Source: Octopus bimaculoides
Lineage: Eukaryota
Length of the DNA: 64,000 bases
Direction of reading: 5' to 3'
Assembly (NCBI RefSeq): GCF_001194135.2
Contig: NC_068986.1
Span: 69,765,862 to 69,829,861, forward strand
Part shown: positions 40,494 to 54,494 of the stretch, piece after piece
Layout: every line of letters begins with the position of its first letter
How positions within the stretch are numbered: position 1 is the first letter of the stretch
Notes under the pieces: generated by a model
What the model saw: the letters and a program-made list of their open reading frames with translations, nothing else
What the model was told of the DNA's origin: nothing
Databases searched by the model: none
Position numbers and translations under genes: made by a program

Positions 40494-41053
40494 CTCTCTC
40501 TTTCTCTCTCTCTCTCCCTCCCTCTCTCTCTCTCTTACTCACTCTTCACTCACTCACATACGCACACACTCTCACTCATTCACTCATTCTTTATGAGTCT
40601 CAGGAAGATTAATTAGTCCTGGATTGCATTAAATTTTTTTTTACCTATTGTTTCATAAATTAATAAAATAAAAATAACAATAAATACTATATTATATACT
40701 GCAATTCTATAATGTTATCAACTTATCATTCAAACTATCGTTTAGATCAGGTAGTAGAATTCATTATAACTGAATGGTTCAGTTTATAGTAATTAATTAA
40801 CTACAAAATTATGAAGATAAAGTTTACAAATCTCAGTCAAAAAATTAATTACCTTGATATTCATTCAAGTGGATAAAACTAACATGTTTGAAAGGAAATA
40901 GTATTAAAATATCCATTGCGATTTCCACCTATACAACATTACAGTTAATACTAAACATTTGTTCCTAGAAAGATTATTTGTCTATGGGATGCATTGATTC
41001 AAAGCAAAAGAGACGGATTTAGATTTAAATGAAAATTTTCTTTTGTCTTGTGG

Positions 41054-41378
41054 TTGTTTCAGTCATTGAACTACTACCATGCTGGGGCTTCAACCGAACG
41101 AGTCGACCCTTGTTGTTACATTTAGATCTGGAACGTATATCAGTCTCTTATTCTGAACCGCTAGATATGGAAGACGTAAATAAACCAACTCCAGGTGTCA
41201 GGCAGTTGTGGAGGACAAACACAAGCAGAAGGGCTTCTTTTTCAGTTTCCCTCACAAGATTTCGGTCGACCCGAAGCTATAGTGGAAGACACTTGCACAA
41301 AGTGCCACGCAGTGGGACAGAACCCAGAACCATGTGATTGGGATGTAAACTTCTTACAACACAGCCTTGCCTGCGCCT
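41054..41378 (-). mobile_element. SINE family A, diverged, no internal microsatellite
   Basis: Ends CACAGCCTTGCCTGCGCCT; contains GCCACGCAGTGGGAC. Confidence 0.8.
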
Positions 41379-41680
41379 AATTTACATTGAAAGCTTTTAA
41401 AACTTGAACCAGAACTATTCTTCTTTACCACAACTTGCCTTCCATAGAAATCCATTTCCTTAGGTTGTGACCTCAACAGTTTTGAGGGAAATCTTATCCA
41501 TCTTTTACATTCTTTGTAAAAATGTAATACTCTCTTCATGCAGTTAAATTTCACATATGATATTTGAGTCAATGTATATGATATAACAGGAAACAAGTGT
41601 TAAAACACTTAACGTGCCGAACACAACTTGAAACTAATCAAGTCAGTAACTTACACAAACTCAGGTATATTTATTATTTT

Positions 41681-42077
41681 ATTCTTTTACTTGTTTCAGT
41701 CATTTGACTGCGGTCATGCTGGAGCACCGCCTTAACGGTTTTCTAGTCGAAGAACTCGACCCCAGGACTTATTCTTTGTAAGCCTAGTACTTATTCAATA
41801 ATCGGTCTCGTTTGCCGAACAGTTAAGTTACGAGGACGTAAACACACCAGCATAGGTTGTCAAGCGATGGTGGGGAACAAACATAAACACACACACACAC
41901 ATATATAAACATATACGACGGTCTTCTTTCAGTTTTCATCTATGAAATCCACTCACAAGGATTTGGTCGGCCTGAGGCTATAGTTGAAGACACTCACCCA
42001 AGGTGCCACGCAGTGAAACTGAAGCCAAGATCATGTGGTTGCGAAGTACAGTTCTTACTGCACAGCCATGCCTGCAC
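41681..42077 (-). mobile_element. SINE family A, full length
   Basis: TTCTTTTACTTGTTTCAGTCATTTGACTGCGG..CACAGCCATGCCTGCAC. Confidence 0.9.
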
Positions 42078-42680
42078 TTATTTCTCGTAGTTATGATTAA
42101 TCTTTTTTTTTTTTTCTTACGATTTGTTGATACCGAAACAACCGTCTAGAATCTATTTAATCCATTCAAGCCTTCAATATTTCCGTTTACCACTTCCAGG
42201 ACAATTCACTCAGCTAAAAATAAATATTCAGTAGAAGTCTTTATTTCCAGCTCAGCCATATTTCTGATTCATTTCAGTGCAAACAAACAATCTGTATGTT
42301 AAAGATAAGAGCTCAAAAACGATTATCTATCTTGTAAAGTATAAAATAGAATTTGCTATAATCTCACTTGTAGCTAAACGTTAAAGCTGATCGATAGCAA
42401 CTTCGAATCATCCTCTTACGCATCACTGAATCATGCATGGTAACATTCGCTGTTAACAATTGAAGCAAGATTTATTTTCTTTATATTAGATTATCATATT
42501 TAATTGATATTTCCGAGTAGGAATTACTGTCATCATGTTCTTAGCTGTGTGAAAGCCCTTATAAATCTGCCCTCCTTCCCATCCTTTTCCGTTTTCTTTC
42601 TTTCTTTTATTTTTTGTTCTTTTTGCTTTCAAGCATAAAAGTGACTAGATATACACAATATACGCACACTTTAACCAGCT

Positions 42681-43108
<428 letters not shown>

Positions 43109-43950
43109 ATTTGCAAGTAGAACCCACCAATGTAGGTGCGGAATTAATTTAGTAATATTTACTTAATTCAGGCATTTACACAAGCACCATACTGGAATAA
43201 AAATTTCTAAAATCTTGTGATTTTCTTTTTTTATTGGGCCAAAATTAATTTGTTTTCTAATAGAAATGGAAATTTAGAAAACCACGATATGTCCGTACAT
43301 AAAGTTATTGGTGCACTAGAACATACTTCAGCAAAAATAAGATTCTCAATTATATATCATGGAATTACAAATAGAGCTACAAACATTTAACTTGTGTTTA
43401 GCTATTCATGTATCTATTCATTGTACTCAGGCATGCACATAAATATAGGCTAAGTGGAGAAAGTTATATATCACTCGCACTTTTTCCATTATATTTTGTC
43501 TATGTAAATGAGATGTCCTTATAAAGAGTTCCGTGTTAAGGTTCAAAACACAAACGTACATACATCTATACAACAGTGTTTTTATTCAATAACTAGAGAC
43601 AAAACTTTATGCTTGTACAGTGAAGTCCATTTCCTTGACGTTCATTCAAGTATAACTAATACGTTAATACGATAACAGTGTGAAGTTTATTCCTTATGGT
43701 GTGGTCGTTGAAGAACTGAAAACTAAGTTCAACATCCTCATATTGTGCTTAAGAGCAATAATACACTACCTCTTCTCACTTAGCCACAAATCTCAATGGC
43801 TATTTTTGCTCTCACGCACGCGCACACATACACACAAATACACATGCAATTATACAAACATGTATATTAGTATATACGTATATACATATCCATGCGTACA
43901 TACATGCACACATATGCATACAAGAATATAAATATATATTATACTTTTTA

Positions 43951-44222
43951 TCTTTTATGTTTTACTTATTTCAGCCATTAGACTGCGGCCTTGCTGGGGC
44001 ACTGCCTTGAGGAAATTTAGTCGAGCAGATTGAATCCAGTCCTTACGTTTGTAAAGCCTGGTACTTATTCTATCAATCTCTTTTGCCGAATCGCTAAGTT
44101 AGGGTGATTTAAACACACCAATATCGGTTGGCAAGCGGTAGTGGGGGACAAACACACACACATATACACGTGAGCGCGCGTCTTTCAGTTTCTATCTACT
44201 CATGAGGCTTTGGTCGACCCAA
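43951..44222 (-). mobile_element. SINE family A lacking its head
   Basis: TTTCAGCCATTAGACTGCGGCC..GGGGACAAACAC..GGCTTTGGTCGACCC. Confidence 0.8.
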
Positions 44223-44406
44223 GAAGTTCGACCCAAGAGTTTCTAGCATGCAGAAAACTATTGAGCAGAAATGTATGCGAGCCTACAAAGGCCCTTGGTA
44301 CAGAGACGTTTTGCGACCCTGCATACGTACGCATGTCTACACTGTTTTGAATCCACATCTACAAATGAATGCCATTAACACATGTTCGAATTTATGAATC
44401 AATATA

Positions 44407-44490
44407 TTACAGCACGGGACCGAATATCCGGCAAACTTTCAACCGGAAGTGGCCCGGATTTCTGGATTTTTCGGTTTTCTGGAGCCAGTC
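44407..44490. mobile_element. Possible Tigger/pogo-like MITE remnant
   Basis: TACAG..GAATATCCGGC..CCGGATTTCTGGATTTTTCGG resembles Tigger-type terminal and CCGGA motifs. Confidence 0.25.
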
Positions 44491-45029
44491 TAAATATATA
44501 CTTAAAGTGAACTATGAAAATTAAAGAAATAAATTGTATTTAACAGATTCAAATTAATACACCTATTAAGCAGGGTTTGTTTGATATATCTTAATCCACT
44601 TAATATATCATACCGCGCACGTATGCAGTTTAGTGTTTATAGAATGAAATTTAAAAAAGGAAAGAAAAAATGTGATTTTATTTAACAGATACAGGTACAA
44701 ACTAATATACTTCTATGGCGAAGTACCATATATTTAATCTTTATAATATAGACCACTTAAAAAAGAACAGGGCAAGAATACTTTCAACACACAGTATCCA
44801 AATTGACCAACTTCAAAAACAGGGTCTGTTTACTCAATACCTCGTACAGTATATTACATGATATTGCACAATGCTTTTGTTTTTCAGGAAATTCTTGATT
44901 TCTGAAAGCCGGATAACAGATCCAGTACTATACTAGGCAACAAAAAAAAACAATTCTATTAGAGGGATTTTGATTGGGGAACGTGTTCATGTTTGTGTAT
45001 GTGTGTATGTGTGTGAGAAAGATAGAGAG

Positions 45030-45065
45030 GTAGAGGGAGAAGGAGAGAGATTGAGAGAGAAAGAG

Positions 45066-45164
<99 letters not shown>

Positions 45165-45165
45165 T
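45030..45165. repeat. (GA)n microsatellite
   Basis: Directly visible. Confidence 0.95.
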
Positions 45166-45654
45166 TCTGCTAGTAGTGAAATGATCATTTAATAAGTTAA
45201 GATTGTCCCGACAGATTCAGGTTTCGCTGGAAATTTCACCAACATACAGAAATGAAAAATAATGTTAGCGTGCTGGTCGATGTCGATGGTGACAGCTGTT
45301 AGATGAAGGAGTGGAATTTTGAAAAAAATCTAACGGCAGATAGACACAGTCAAAAACTGAATAAAACCTACTATGTCATCAGTGGCATAAAAGTCAACAA
45401 TAATAACTACAACAAATAACCAAATGTGAGGGGTGCACTGGATTACAACATTGATGCTAACGCTTCAATTCCTCCAACACTTTCATAACTAACGTGATCA
45501 ACAATAATAATAATACTAATATTGCTCAACCTACTAACCAAATCATCTACTGTCGCAGCTACCACAGCCATGATGATATAGCAATCACTACAACATGTAT
45601 TAGAGTTGCAGTTACTAACAATGTAATGAGCCAACAATGGAGCCTTTTTCTAGT

Positions 45655-45835
45655 CATTCGACCTGTTAGAAACATTAGCTAAATTTCCTTCAGAACCACA
45701 CCCAGCGTTCTTAAAGTAAGAAAAGAATGTAATTCACTGCCTGAAAGAAGGTGTTATAGTTACGGATGAAGTGTTTGTTGATGATTGGTCGACTCGATCG
45801 AAGCTGACCTGGAGCTAATCAACAACAGCGAAAAC
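45655..45835 (+). mobile_element. Family F repeat, decayed
   Basis: GACCTGTTAGAAAC..GCTGACCTGGAGCTAATCAACAAC; similar to 2815-3085. Confidence 0.5.
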
Positions 45836-47351
45836 AACGCTGCGTAATCAGAAACAGCAAAATCTAATCCTAATCTAAATGCAGCTGATTACACGAGGGA
45901 ATAATATTAATAAAAAAAAACGAAAGTAAAGCTCTACTACCATTGATCAGAACAGCGTTACGTAGCCATTATCCACTCCATTATATATCAACAACAACTG
46001 CCACTACAAGTTACTGAAACTGCAAAAACACTTACAAAACTAATGTAGCAAGCGAACAAATGCAACAATACTTCAATAAGTCCGGCAAAAATATCTACCT
46101 TCCTTCAACATTATCATTCACGATCTACTATAATATTAATAACAAAAATAAGTTCAGAAAAACCGAGTATCAAGATTTGTATGAAGATATTAGAGTTTAA
46201 AGGTAATTTTAAGAAATACTCAAGGTAATCCAAGATAGAAAGAAAAAAAGAGGTCACGATGGAGGAATAGTAGCAACATTCAAGGAAAGAGAGCAGAGAG
46301 ATGTTTTAGAGTAAAAAATTATAATATAAAGGAATAGCAGATTGTTTCTTTATTTATAACAATTTCTGCTTTCAAATATTTTTATTTTCACCTCTTTCCA
46401 ACTACAAATTACTTCCCAAACCCACTTATGTTTCATTTCTCTCTTTCTCTCTCACTCACGTTTACCTTTTCTCTCCCATTTTTTGTTATAGTCAATCACA
46501 ACACTTTTTCGTTTCTTTTAATCGTTTGCAGTTAAACACTTCTAGCATTCCTCCCTCAATTGCTGTTAATACTTCTCTCTTTCTATCCCCCTTCATTTGC
46601 AGTGAACTCTTTCTCTCTTTCCTCTTACAATTTCTCTGTCATTCGCTAAAGATTAAACGTTGTTTTCTTCCTACTTTGATTCATTTACTTACACTCATTT
46701 TTTTGCTCTTCTTTCTTTCTTTTATTTGTAATTAAGTCATTTTTTTTCTTCTTCATGGTCTCCCTATTTTCCTCAAACCTATCTTCGCCAAGCCTACCTG
46801 CACCTACCTTCACTTATATCCCGTCGTACATCTTCATTCTGATGCAACTTAACCATCCTCTACTTCCCGCTCTAGCATTTTATTCTTACAGAATACCTTC
46901 CAATCCTTTCATCTCTCGTCATTTTTCACTTATCTACCCCCACCATTTCTTGTACCATTAGAATTCAGTCTACCTTCACAAACTATTATTTTTCATCTTC
47001 TACTCGTCCCCATCTCTTTCTTAATCTCATATATTCCCCACCTCTCTCTCTCTCTCATGTTCCTTTCTCTCTACATCCATTATTACCAAAATTCTATTTC
47101 GCTTTAATCCATTCCATTCTCATCTGACTCTTACGCTTCTCTTCTCTTCTCCCCTCTTCCTTTTCCCCTGCTTCCCTATATATTTATATTAGCTCTCTTC
47201 ACTCATTCCTCTCCACCCTCTTTTATTTCATTCTCTGCATTCCTTATCCTGCTATCTCAGTATAAATGTGTTCTCTTCCCTCTCTTCTTCCTCTCTCACA
47301 TCCTCAATCCTCTATCCCTCGTTTTAAATGAGGTATAAACTCCTTGTTTAA

Positions 47352-47402
<51 letters not shown>

Positions 47403-49149
47403 GCCTTTCTATCTCCCTCCCTCTCCCTCTCTCTCTCAGTTTCTTCTTCCCCCTGATACAGTTTTGTCTTTCTGATCACGTTCACTCAATTCTTTTCACA
47501 TTTAACTCTATTTTAAGACAGTCTGTCACTCTCAAATGCATCCTTTTCTAAAGTATCTTCCCACTAACGATCCCTACACACAGCATACGCTGTAACACTT
47601 TCAATATTCTTCACAACCAATGCATTAGTGTAACATCAGCAAATAATACTTGCAATCTTGCACAATTTCTAAATGAGAGAATATAGACTTCGGATCCTTC
47701 TCACCATCCCATTTTACCATACTTGCTACTATCTTCTAATATTGTTCTCACTTTACTTTACACATACACACACACACGCACGCACACACACATACACACA
47801 TACACACACACACACACACACGCACACACGCATACGCACGCACACTCACACACACAGAAATATAGACACACATATATACATACATAGGAGAATGCATATA
47901 AGCATCCATATGTGTGTGTGTGTGTGTGTGTGTGTTTGTGTGTGTGTGTGCATGTATATGCATGTTCATGAATATGTGTATGTGTGTGCACGCATGTTGA
48001 GTATGTGCATGAATATATTCGTACGCACATGAACGCATTGTGACATCTCCAATAATGTAATATAACTTCAAGAAGGTACTTAAGTTTTCGTGGCAGATAA
48101 ATTTGCAGCTTTGCAAACTTCATTGATTTTAGAATACGTTTCAAAAGTACATCTAAGGAATGTCTGGATTCTTGTCTTTGAAGAACCTGTGCTATTTCAT
48201 GTAATAATTTTTTGTTCATTTCATACGTTTCTGTAATATGATACTGTATATAGCACTGAAATTGCGTATGAAGCTTATAATTTCAAACAGATCTTTCAAA
48301 ATATTAAGTATTTCACTTTTGAGGACATGCATCTAAATTTATAAATAACTCTCTTAAGGTGTCAAATAATTGATTAGACATATAAATCAATAAGGGGCAT
48401 TTGACCTATGTATGATTCAATAGAGCTAAGTAAGTTTGTTAGAAGGGATTTCTTCACATGAAGCAAATATCTAGAGGAGAACAATATTTTGTGGTGAAGT
48501 GCTTGAAAGTACTTCAATAAAGTTGGCTGATATAAATTTAAATTGTTAAAAGTTTGTTAGACAGCAGCTGTTTAATTTCATTGGTTTCAATAGAAAATAA
48601 CATCATAAAACTAACAATAATAACCTGAAAGAGATGGAGAATTACAGAAACTGATAATGTTTTATAATAAATATCGGTCAAAGGTTTACATATCTCGTCA
48701 CTGGCGCTATTTGGTGTACCGAGCAAACACATTTTGCAATAAAACAGACTGCTTTGCTGCAAATATATGTAGTTGGAGAGCTACAGTTCAAGAGTCTAAA
48801 ATGATAAATCACTACCTATATGGAAAATGTTTAGTCGTATTGTACTAAAATATGACCCTTCGACTAACTGGTGTTCCAATACAGAAAATGAGATATCTCT
48901 TAACCAAGCAAGTGATTAAGTAATTTGTTAAATTCTAGGACACACTAGAAGCTAGAAAAAGCAATGTAATACAATGGATGATCACTCTGAAGTTAGTTTC
49001 GATAAATTTTGATCGTTTCAATATACTAAAGGTTACCTTGAAACTACAATGCATATTACCCCATCTCTTACGATAGACAATGTGCGTAGGTTTACTCAAA
49101 ACAAGGCATACATTGATTAAATAATATTTCCTTTTGATAGTTATTATAA

Positions 49150-49356
49150 TTGTTTCTAATGTAGGCGCGAGGCCTGGAATTTGGGGCCTAGGTTAGTCGA
49201 TTGCATCAACCATCGGTGCTCAATTGATACTTATTTTATCAACCCCGAAAAGCTGAAAGGCAATGTCGACTTAGGCGGAATTAGAACTCGGAACGTAAAG
49301 AACCGGAAGAAATGTCACTAAGCACTTTTTTCGGCATGCTAGCGATTCTTCCAGCT
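49150..49356 (-). mobile_element. SINE family B (first of a tandem pair)
   Basis: ..GTCGACTTAGGCGGAATTAGAACTCGGAACG..GCTAGCGATTCTTCCAGCT. Confidence 0.82.
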
Positions 49357-49577
49357 AATGATCCTTTCTACAATAGGCACAAGACTTCAAATTGAGGATA
49401 GGGATGGAGTAAATTTCATCGATCCCAGTGCGTAATTGGCATTTACTTCATCGACCCCGGAAGGATGAAAGGCAAAGTCGACCTCAGCGGAATTTGAAGG
49501 AACTCAGAATGTAGGGATGGACAAAATGCCCTTAAGCATTTTGTCCGGCGTGCTAACGATTCTGCCAGCTCGCCGCT
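49357..49577 (-). mobile_element. SINE family B (second of a tandem pair)
   Basis: ..GGCAAAGTCGACCTCAGCGGAATTTGAA..GCTAACGATTCTGCCAGCTCGCCG. Confidence 0.88.
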
Positions 49578-50227
49578 TTTCTTCTAGCTAATGATAGATA
49601 ATGTCTTAAATAATATGAAAAAACAAAATACATCCAGGCTCTGCCTCAGTATGCTGACACTTCGAAATCTGAAGAAAGATTAAGATATTACGTATTGATA
49701 ATTCACAGAGAATTATCAATACTTACGTTTAAATTTAAATATTTTGAAATCATTTAATTCATGTTAATGGATCGTTTATAATGTTAGCTACAATTTCCAA
49801 ATGGTAATCTTTATTACAGTTTTAAATTACTGACACAACGCATTTAGACGTTTTTCATATGGTATAAATAGTTAATACCTATTTAGTATTCAGACTTGGA
49901 CATTTTTATTTGATATAAATAATTAATGTGTATTTGCTATTCAGATTTTCCAGAACAGCTGGCTTTCAATCTTTCCAAAACTTACTAAATTGTAGCACTA
50001 GTTGCCAGGCGTTTTCTATACAGTACTGAGTTCAGAGAAGTGTATTCGTTTACTGATACAAGTTTTCAAGACTGTATACTTTCAGCTTAGGTTTAGGTAT
50101 TTGATTCACATACATTATGTTGCATACTTAGAAAAATAACCAAATAAGACTAAATATAAAACAGAAAATAATAATAAATTTTCTATAGTCTCGAAAGGAG
50201 ACATCGACTGTATTTCAATACTTTGCT

Positions 50228-50867
50228 GTCAGGGAGTACTGGCATCGGCCACGTTCGAATGGCGCTTTTTACATGCCACCGGCACGGAAGCCAGTCAGGT
50301 GGACCTGGCATCGACCACGTTCGGATGATGCATTTTACGTGCCACCGGAACGGCAGCCAGTCAGGCAACACTGGTCACAGCTACGATGTTGGTTTTCCTT
50401 GATTCAACAGGTCTTATATAAAGCATATCATATCGCCCGACGCATCAAGGGTACTCTTAAATGGACCGGACATGCAACACTAGCATCGGCCATGGCTGCG
50501 ATCTCACTTTAGTTGCCGAGTTTTCTCAATCACAGCATATCTCCAAAGGTCTCGGACTCCTGTCATTGCCTCTGTAAGGCCCAATGTTCAAAGGTCATGC
50601 TTCACTACCTCATCCCATGTCTTCCACAGGTTCATTCTACAGTTAGGGTGTGGCACTTTCTCACACAGCTGTCCTCATCCATACACAACACATGACCATA
50701 CCAGGGCAGTCCACATTTGAAGCTTCTTATGTCTAACATTTCTCTCAGGGCGCTCACATTTTGTCGTGTAGGCACATTGACATTAGACATCCAGCGGATC
50801 ATACAACCTTCATTTCTTTCAAGCCTACGCATGACTTCAGCAGTCATGGCCCATGTTTCAATGCCGT

Positions 50868-50868
<1 letters not shown>
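50228..50868 (-). mobile_element. RTE-like LINE fragment: C-terminal coding region (about 50504-50868) plus 3' UTR with 66-bp tandem repeats
   Basis: YGIETWAMTAEVMRRLERNEGCMIRWM..LPWYGHVLCMDEDSCVRKC..KTWDEVVKHDL*TLGL..DLWRYAVIEKTRQLK*; stops and deletions present. Confidence 0.88.
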
Positions 50869-50934
<66 letters not shown>

Positions 50935-50957
50935 CATATATAGATATATATGTATAT

Positions 50958-51150
50958 CTTTTATCTTTCACTTGTTTCAGTCATTATACTGGGCTATGCT
51001 GAATCTACCCCAGTACTTAATATTTTACTAAGCCTGGTATTTATTCTCTCGGTCTCTTTTCCGAACAACTAGGTTACGGGAACGTAAACGCACTAACACC
51101 GGTTGTCAAACGATAGTGGGTGACAAGCACAGACAAAAAGACGCACACAC
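50958..51150 (-). mobile_element. SINE family A 3' half
   Basis: CTTGTTTCAGTCATT..GGTTACGGGAACGTAAAC..GGTTGTCAAACG. Confidence 0.8.
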
Positions 51151-51209
51151 GCACATCCACGCATTCACAAACACACACACACACGCACACATACACACAT
51201 ATATTTAGC

Positions 51210-51295
51210 AGAATGACTCAAGGTCCGAAAGTTTCGTGTGTTGGCACTTATCAAGTAATGCCAACGCACGAAGCTGTCGGACCTTGAGTCACTCT
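51210..51295. repeat. 86-nt imperfect hairpin (37-bp arms)
   Basis: AGAATGACTCAAGGTCCGAAAGTTTCGTGTGTTGGCA vs the reverse complement of TGCCAACGCACGAAGCTGTCGGACCTTGAGTCACTCT: 33/37 matches. Confidence 0.92.
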
Positions 51296-51384
51296 ATTAG
51301 TTTTGCTAAAAATTAATAAAAATATACATATACTCATATTCTGAGTTTTACTTTTGCTTTTTGCATCACTATACCTATATCTAC

Positions 51385-51446
<62 letters not shown>

Positions 51447-51507
51447 GTATGTATGTATGCATGTATGTATGTATGTATGTATGTATGTGGTGTGTGGGGG
51501 GGGGGTA

Positions 51508-51634
51508 GACACAGGCGTAGTTGTGTGGTAAGAAGTTTGCTTCCCAACTACATTAATCTAAGTTCAGTCCCACTGAGTGACACCTTGCTCAAATGTCTTC
51601 TGCTATAGCCTCGGGCTGCCCAAAGCCTTGTGAG
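51508..51634 (+). mobile_element. SINE family A 5' half
   Basis: CACAGGCGTAGTTGTGTGGTAAGAAGTTTGCTTCCCAAC..AAAGCCTTGTGAG. Confidence 0.82.
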
Positions 51635-52321
51635 AGGAATAAAAGAAAAGCTATATAGATGCATAGATACATAAACGTAAAACTACAAACAATTGGACTG
51701 TGACTAGACAAGTTCATATTCCTCCTTAGAGTAAAGTTTCCATTCATCTAATATATTCATATTACTTCTAAAGGTAAGCACTTTACTTTCCTCCAAAAAT
51801 ATATCAAAATACAATATTATGTTAGACGATTGACGACGATTTGAAATATTTACATGTTTACATAAACATTGGCATGTTTTCATGGAAATATTTATGTGTG
51901 ATTGTATTTCTGGATAATCATATACTATTAGAACACCAACAATTTCTTGGCATTGTTATTCTCGGTACATCGAAAACATATGAATATTTTTTCATTGTCT
52001 AGAGAACTATGCCAATACATGCATAAATACATACATGCATGCATATATACATACATACTCACAGTTCACAAATATCTGCACAAATAAAATCACAAACTAC
52101 TTGCATTTAAGGAAACGTGCATATATAAATTATGAGACAATATTAACAGACATATGTATATACATATTGCGCGCGCGCACGCACACACACGCACACATGT
52201 ATGTATGTATGTATGTATGTATTTGTATTTGAGCACACAAACAAGCAAACAAACACAGGAACACTTACGTCCATACTCATTCAATCAATTTATTGATTTC
52301 ATTTGAAAGACAGAATGCGAA

Positions 52322-52324
52322 ATG

Positions 52325-52379
<55 letters not shown>

Positions 52380-52400
52380 CAACAACAACAACAACAATAA
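52322..52400. repeat. (AAT)n(AAC)n microsatellite
   Basis: Directly visible. Confidence 0.95.
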
Positions 52401-53477
52401 TAGAATGTTATATATGTAAAAGGTAGAATAGCGGTGAAATAAATAGGCATATTTCGCTGTTTTTAAGGAAAACATTACTCAAAATTGATTATCAATTTTG
52501 GCAAAGCTAAACACAATAAAGAAAGGCAATCAATGACATGCCAGAAGGTCACAGAAACAAAGAAGCAAGAAAAGATTGCAGCATAATTCTCTGAACCAGC
52601 GAGTAGCTATTAACTATATCAATAATTTCTACAAAAAGTTTCGAAACAATGTCTCGTGGTTCCCTTTATATCGAGTTATAATCAGGAAGTTGTGTTGAAT
52701 AACAGTTAGTGAAGACGTGTTATAACTTACATTCTTTATACCTAATAGTTATATCTGTAATCCTTAAAGGGTCATTTCTATTTCATTTTATGATTTGCAT
52801 GTCTCGTTGTTGAAAACTTCACATGGTAATCTGATGAGATGTGTGATTCTGTGATTCTCACCCGTCATATATTACTAGCCAACTGCATACATTCTGCTCC
52901 AATAGAGCGACAAAAGGAAATCAGCGCAAATTATTCTTCCAAAAATCCGACTTCTTTATCTCTTTTCCTCTTCGTTTCCTCTTTATCATCTTCATCATTA
53001 TCATCGTCAACAGCATCCCTAATTTTTACTCTTGCCCTATTTTATTTAACTCTTTCTGCAATTCTAAGCAGAGCCCAAGAGAAAAATTGCTTATTCCACT
53101 GTAAAATCGCCTATTTCACTATTCTTCCACGTGTTCTAAGCATCGCATGCTTTACACTAACACTTGCTATCAATGTCATCTAACTTAATCCGTTTGATAT
53201 GTGGTAGTTTTCCTTTAATTTTATTGTGCCATTTTCATTAGATGTCTATTGGCGAAATTGTAGGATATAAATCTACTTATTTCTATCTGATCAAAAGAAA
53301 ATTAAAATTGTTTTTACTAGGCAGAAATACAATTTCTGATAACAAGCCATATTTTCTCTATTGATTGATATTCTACAATTACATGACCTTACCAAACATA
53401 TGAAACCAGTTATGACATTCAGAAAAGTGGAATGATGAAATTACTTTTATGCGTCTATCTATTCATTTATATTTCTT

Positions 53478-53518
<41 letters not shown>

Positions 53519-53520
53519 AA

Positions 53521-53785
53521 GGTGCATGACTCAGTGGTTAGAGCGTCGGGGTCACAATCATGAGGTAGTGAGTTCGATTCCTGGACTGGGATGTGCGTTG
53601 TGTTCTTAAGCTGTAGAAAATGAGTTGCGACATTACTGGTGCCAAGCTGTATTGGCTTTTGCCGTTCCGTTGGATAACATCGGTGGCGTGGTATGCATGG
53701 GCGACTGGTATTCTTCCATAAACAAACTTGCCTGAACTTGTTCCTCGGTGGGTATCTTTCTAGGAGCAATCCCATGGTCATTCAT
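53521..53785 (+). mobile_element. tRNA-derived SINE (family D)
   Basis: A-box TGACTCAGTGG, B-box GTTCGATTCC, then a non-tRNA body and a (TA)n tail into the gap. Confidence 0.8.
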
Positions 53786-53802
53786 ATATATATATATATA
53801 TA

Positions 53803-54333
53803 NNNNNNNNNNNNNNNNNNNNNNNNNNNNNNNNNNNNNNNNNNNNNNNNNNNNNNNNNNNNNNNNNNNNNNNNNNNNNNNNNNNNNNNNNNNNNNNNNN
53901 NNNNNNNNNNNNNNNNNNNNNNNNNNNNNNNNNNNNNNNNNNNNNNNNNNNNNNNNNNNNNNNNNNNNNNNNNNNNNNNNNNNNNNNNNNNNNNNNNNNN
54001 NNNNNNNNNNNNNNNNNNNNNNNNNNNNNNNNNNNNNNNNNNNNNNNNNNNNNNNNNNNNNNNNNNNNNNNNNNNNNNNNNNNNNNNNNNNNNNNNNNNN
54101 NNNNNNNNNNNNNNNNNNNNNNNNNNNNNNNNNNNNNNNNNNNNNNNNNNNNNNNNNNNNNNNNNNNNNNNNNNNNNNNNNNNNNNNNNNNNNNNNNNNN
54201 NNNNNNNNNNNNNNNNNNNNNNNNNNNNNNNNNNNNNNNNNNNNNNNNNNNNNNNNNNNNNNNNNNNNNNNNNNNNNNNNNNNNNNNNNNNNNNNNNNNN
54301 NNNNNNNNNNNNNNNNNNNNNNNNNNNNNNNNN
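53803..54333. other. Assembly gap between (TA)n and (TATC)n
   Basis: N-run. Confidence 0.98.
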
Positions 54334-54406
<73 letters not shown>

Positions 54407-54432
54407 GTCTGTCTGTCTGTCTGTCTGTCTGC

Positions 54433-54494
<62 letters not shown>

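Noticed and set aside
47758-48219. 153-aa minus-strand ORF with a protein-like first 60 residues
   Set aside because: No splice signals or homology recognised, and the rest is microsatellite.
53521-53595. tRNA gene
   Set aside because: A/B boxes are present, but there is no proper acceptor stem or terminator and it continues into a SINE body.
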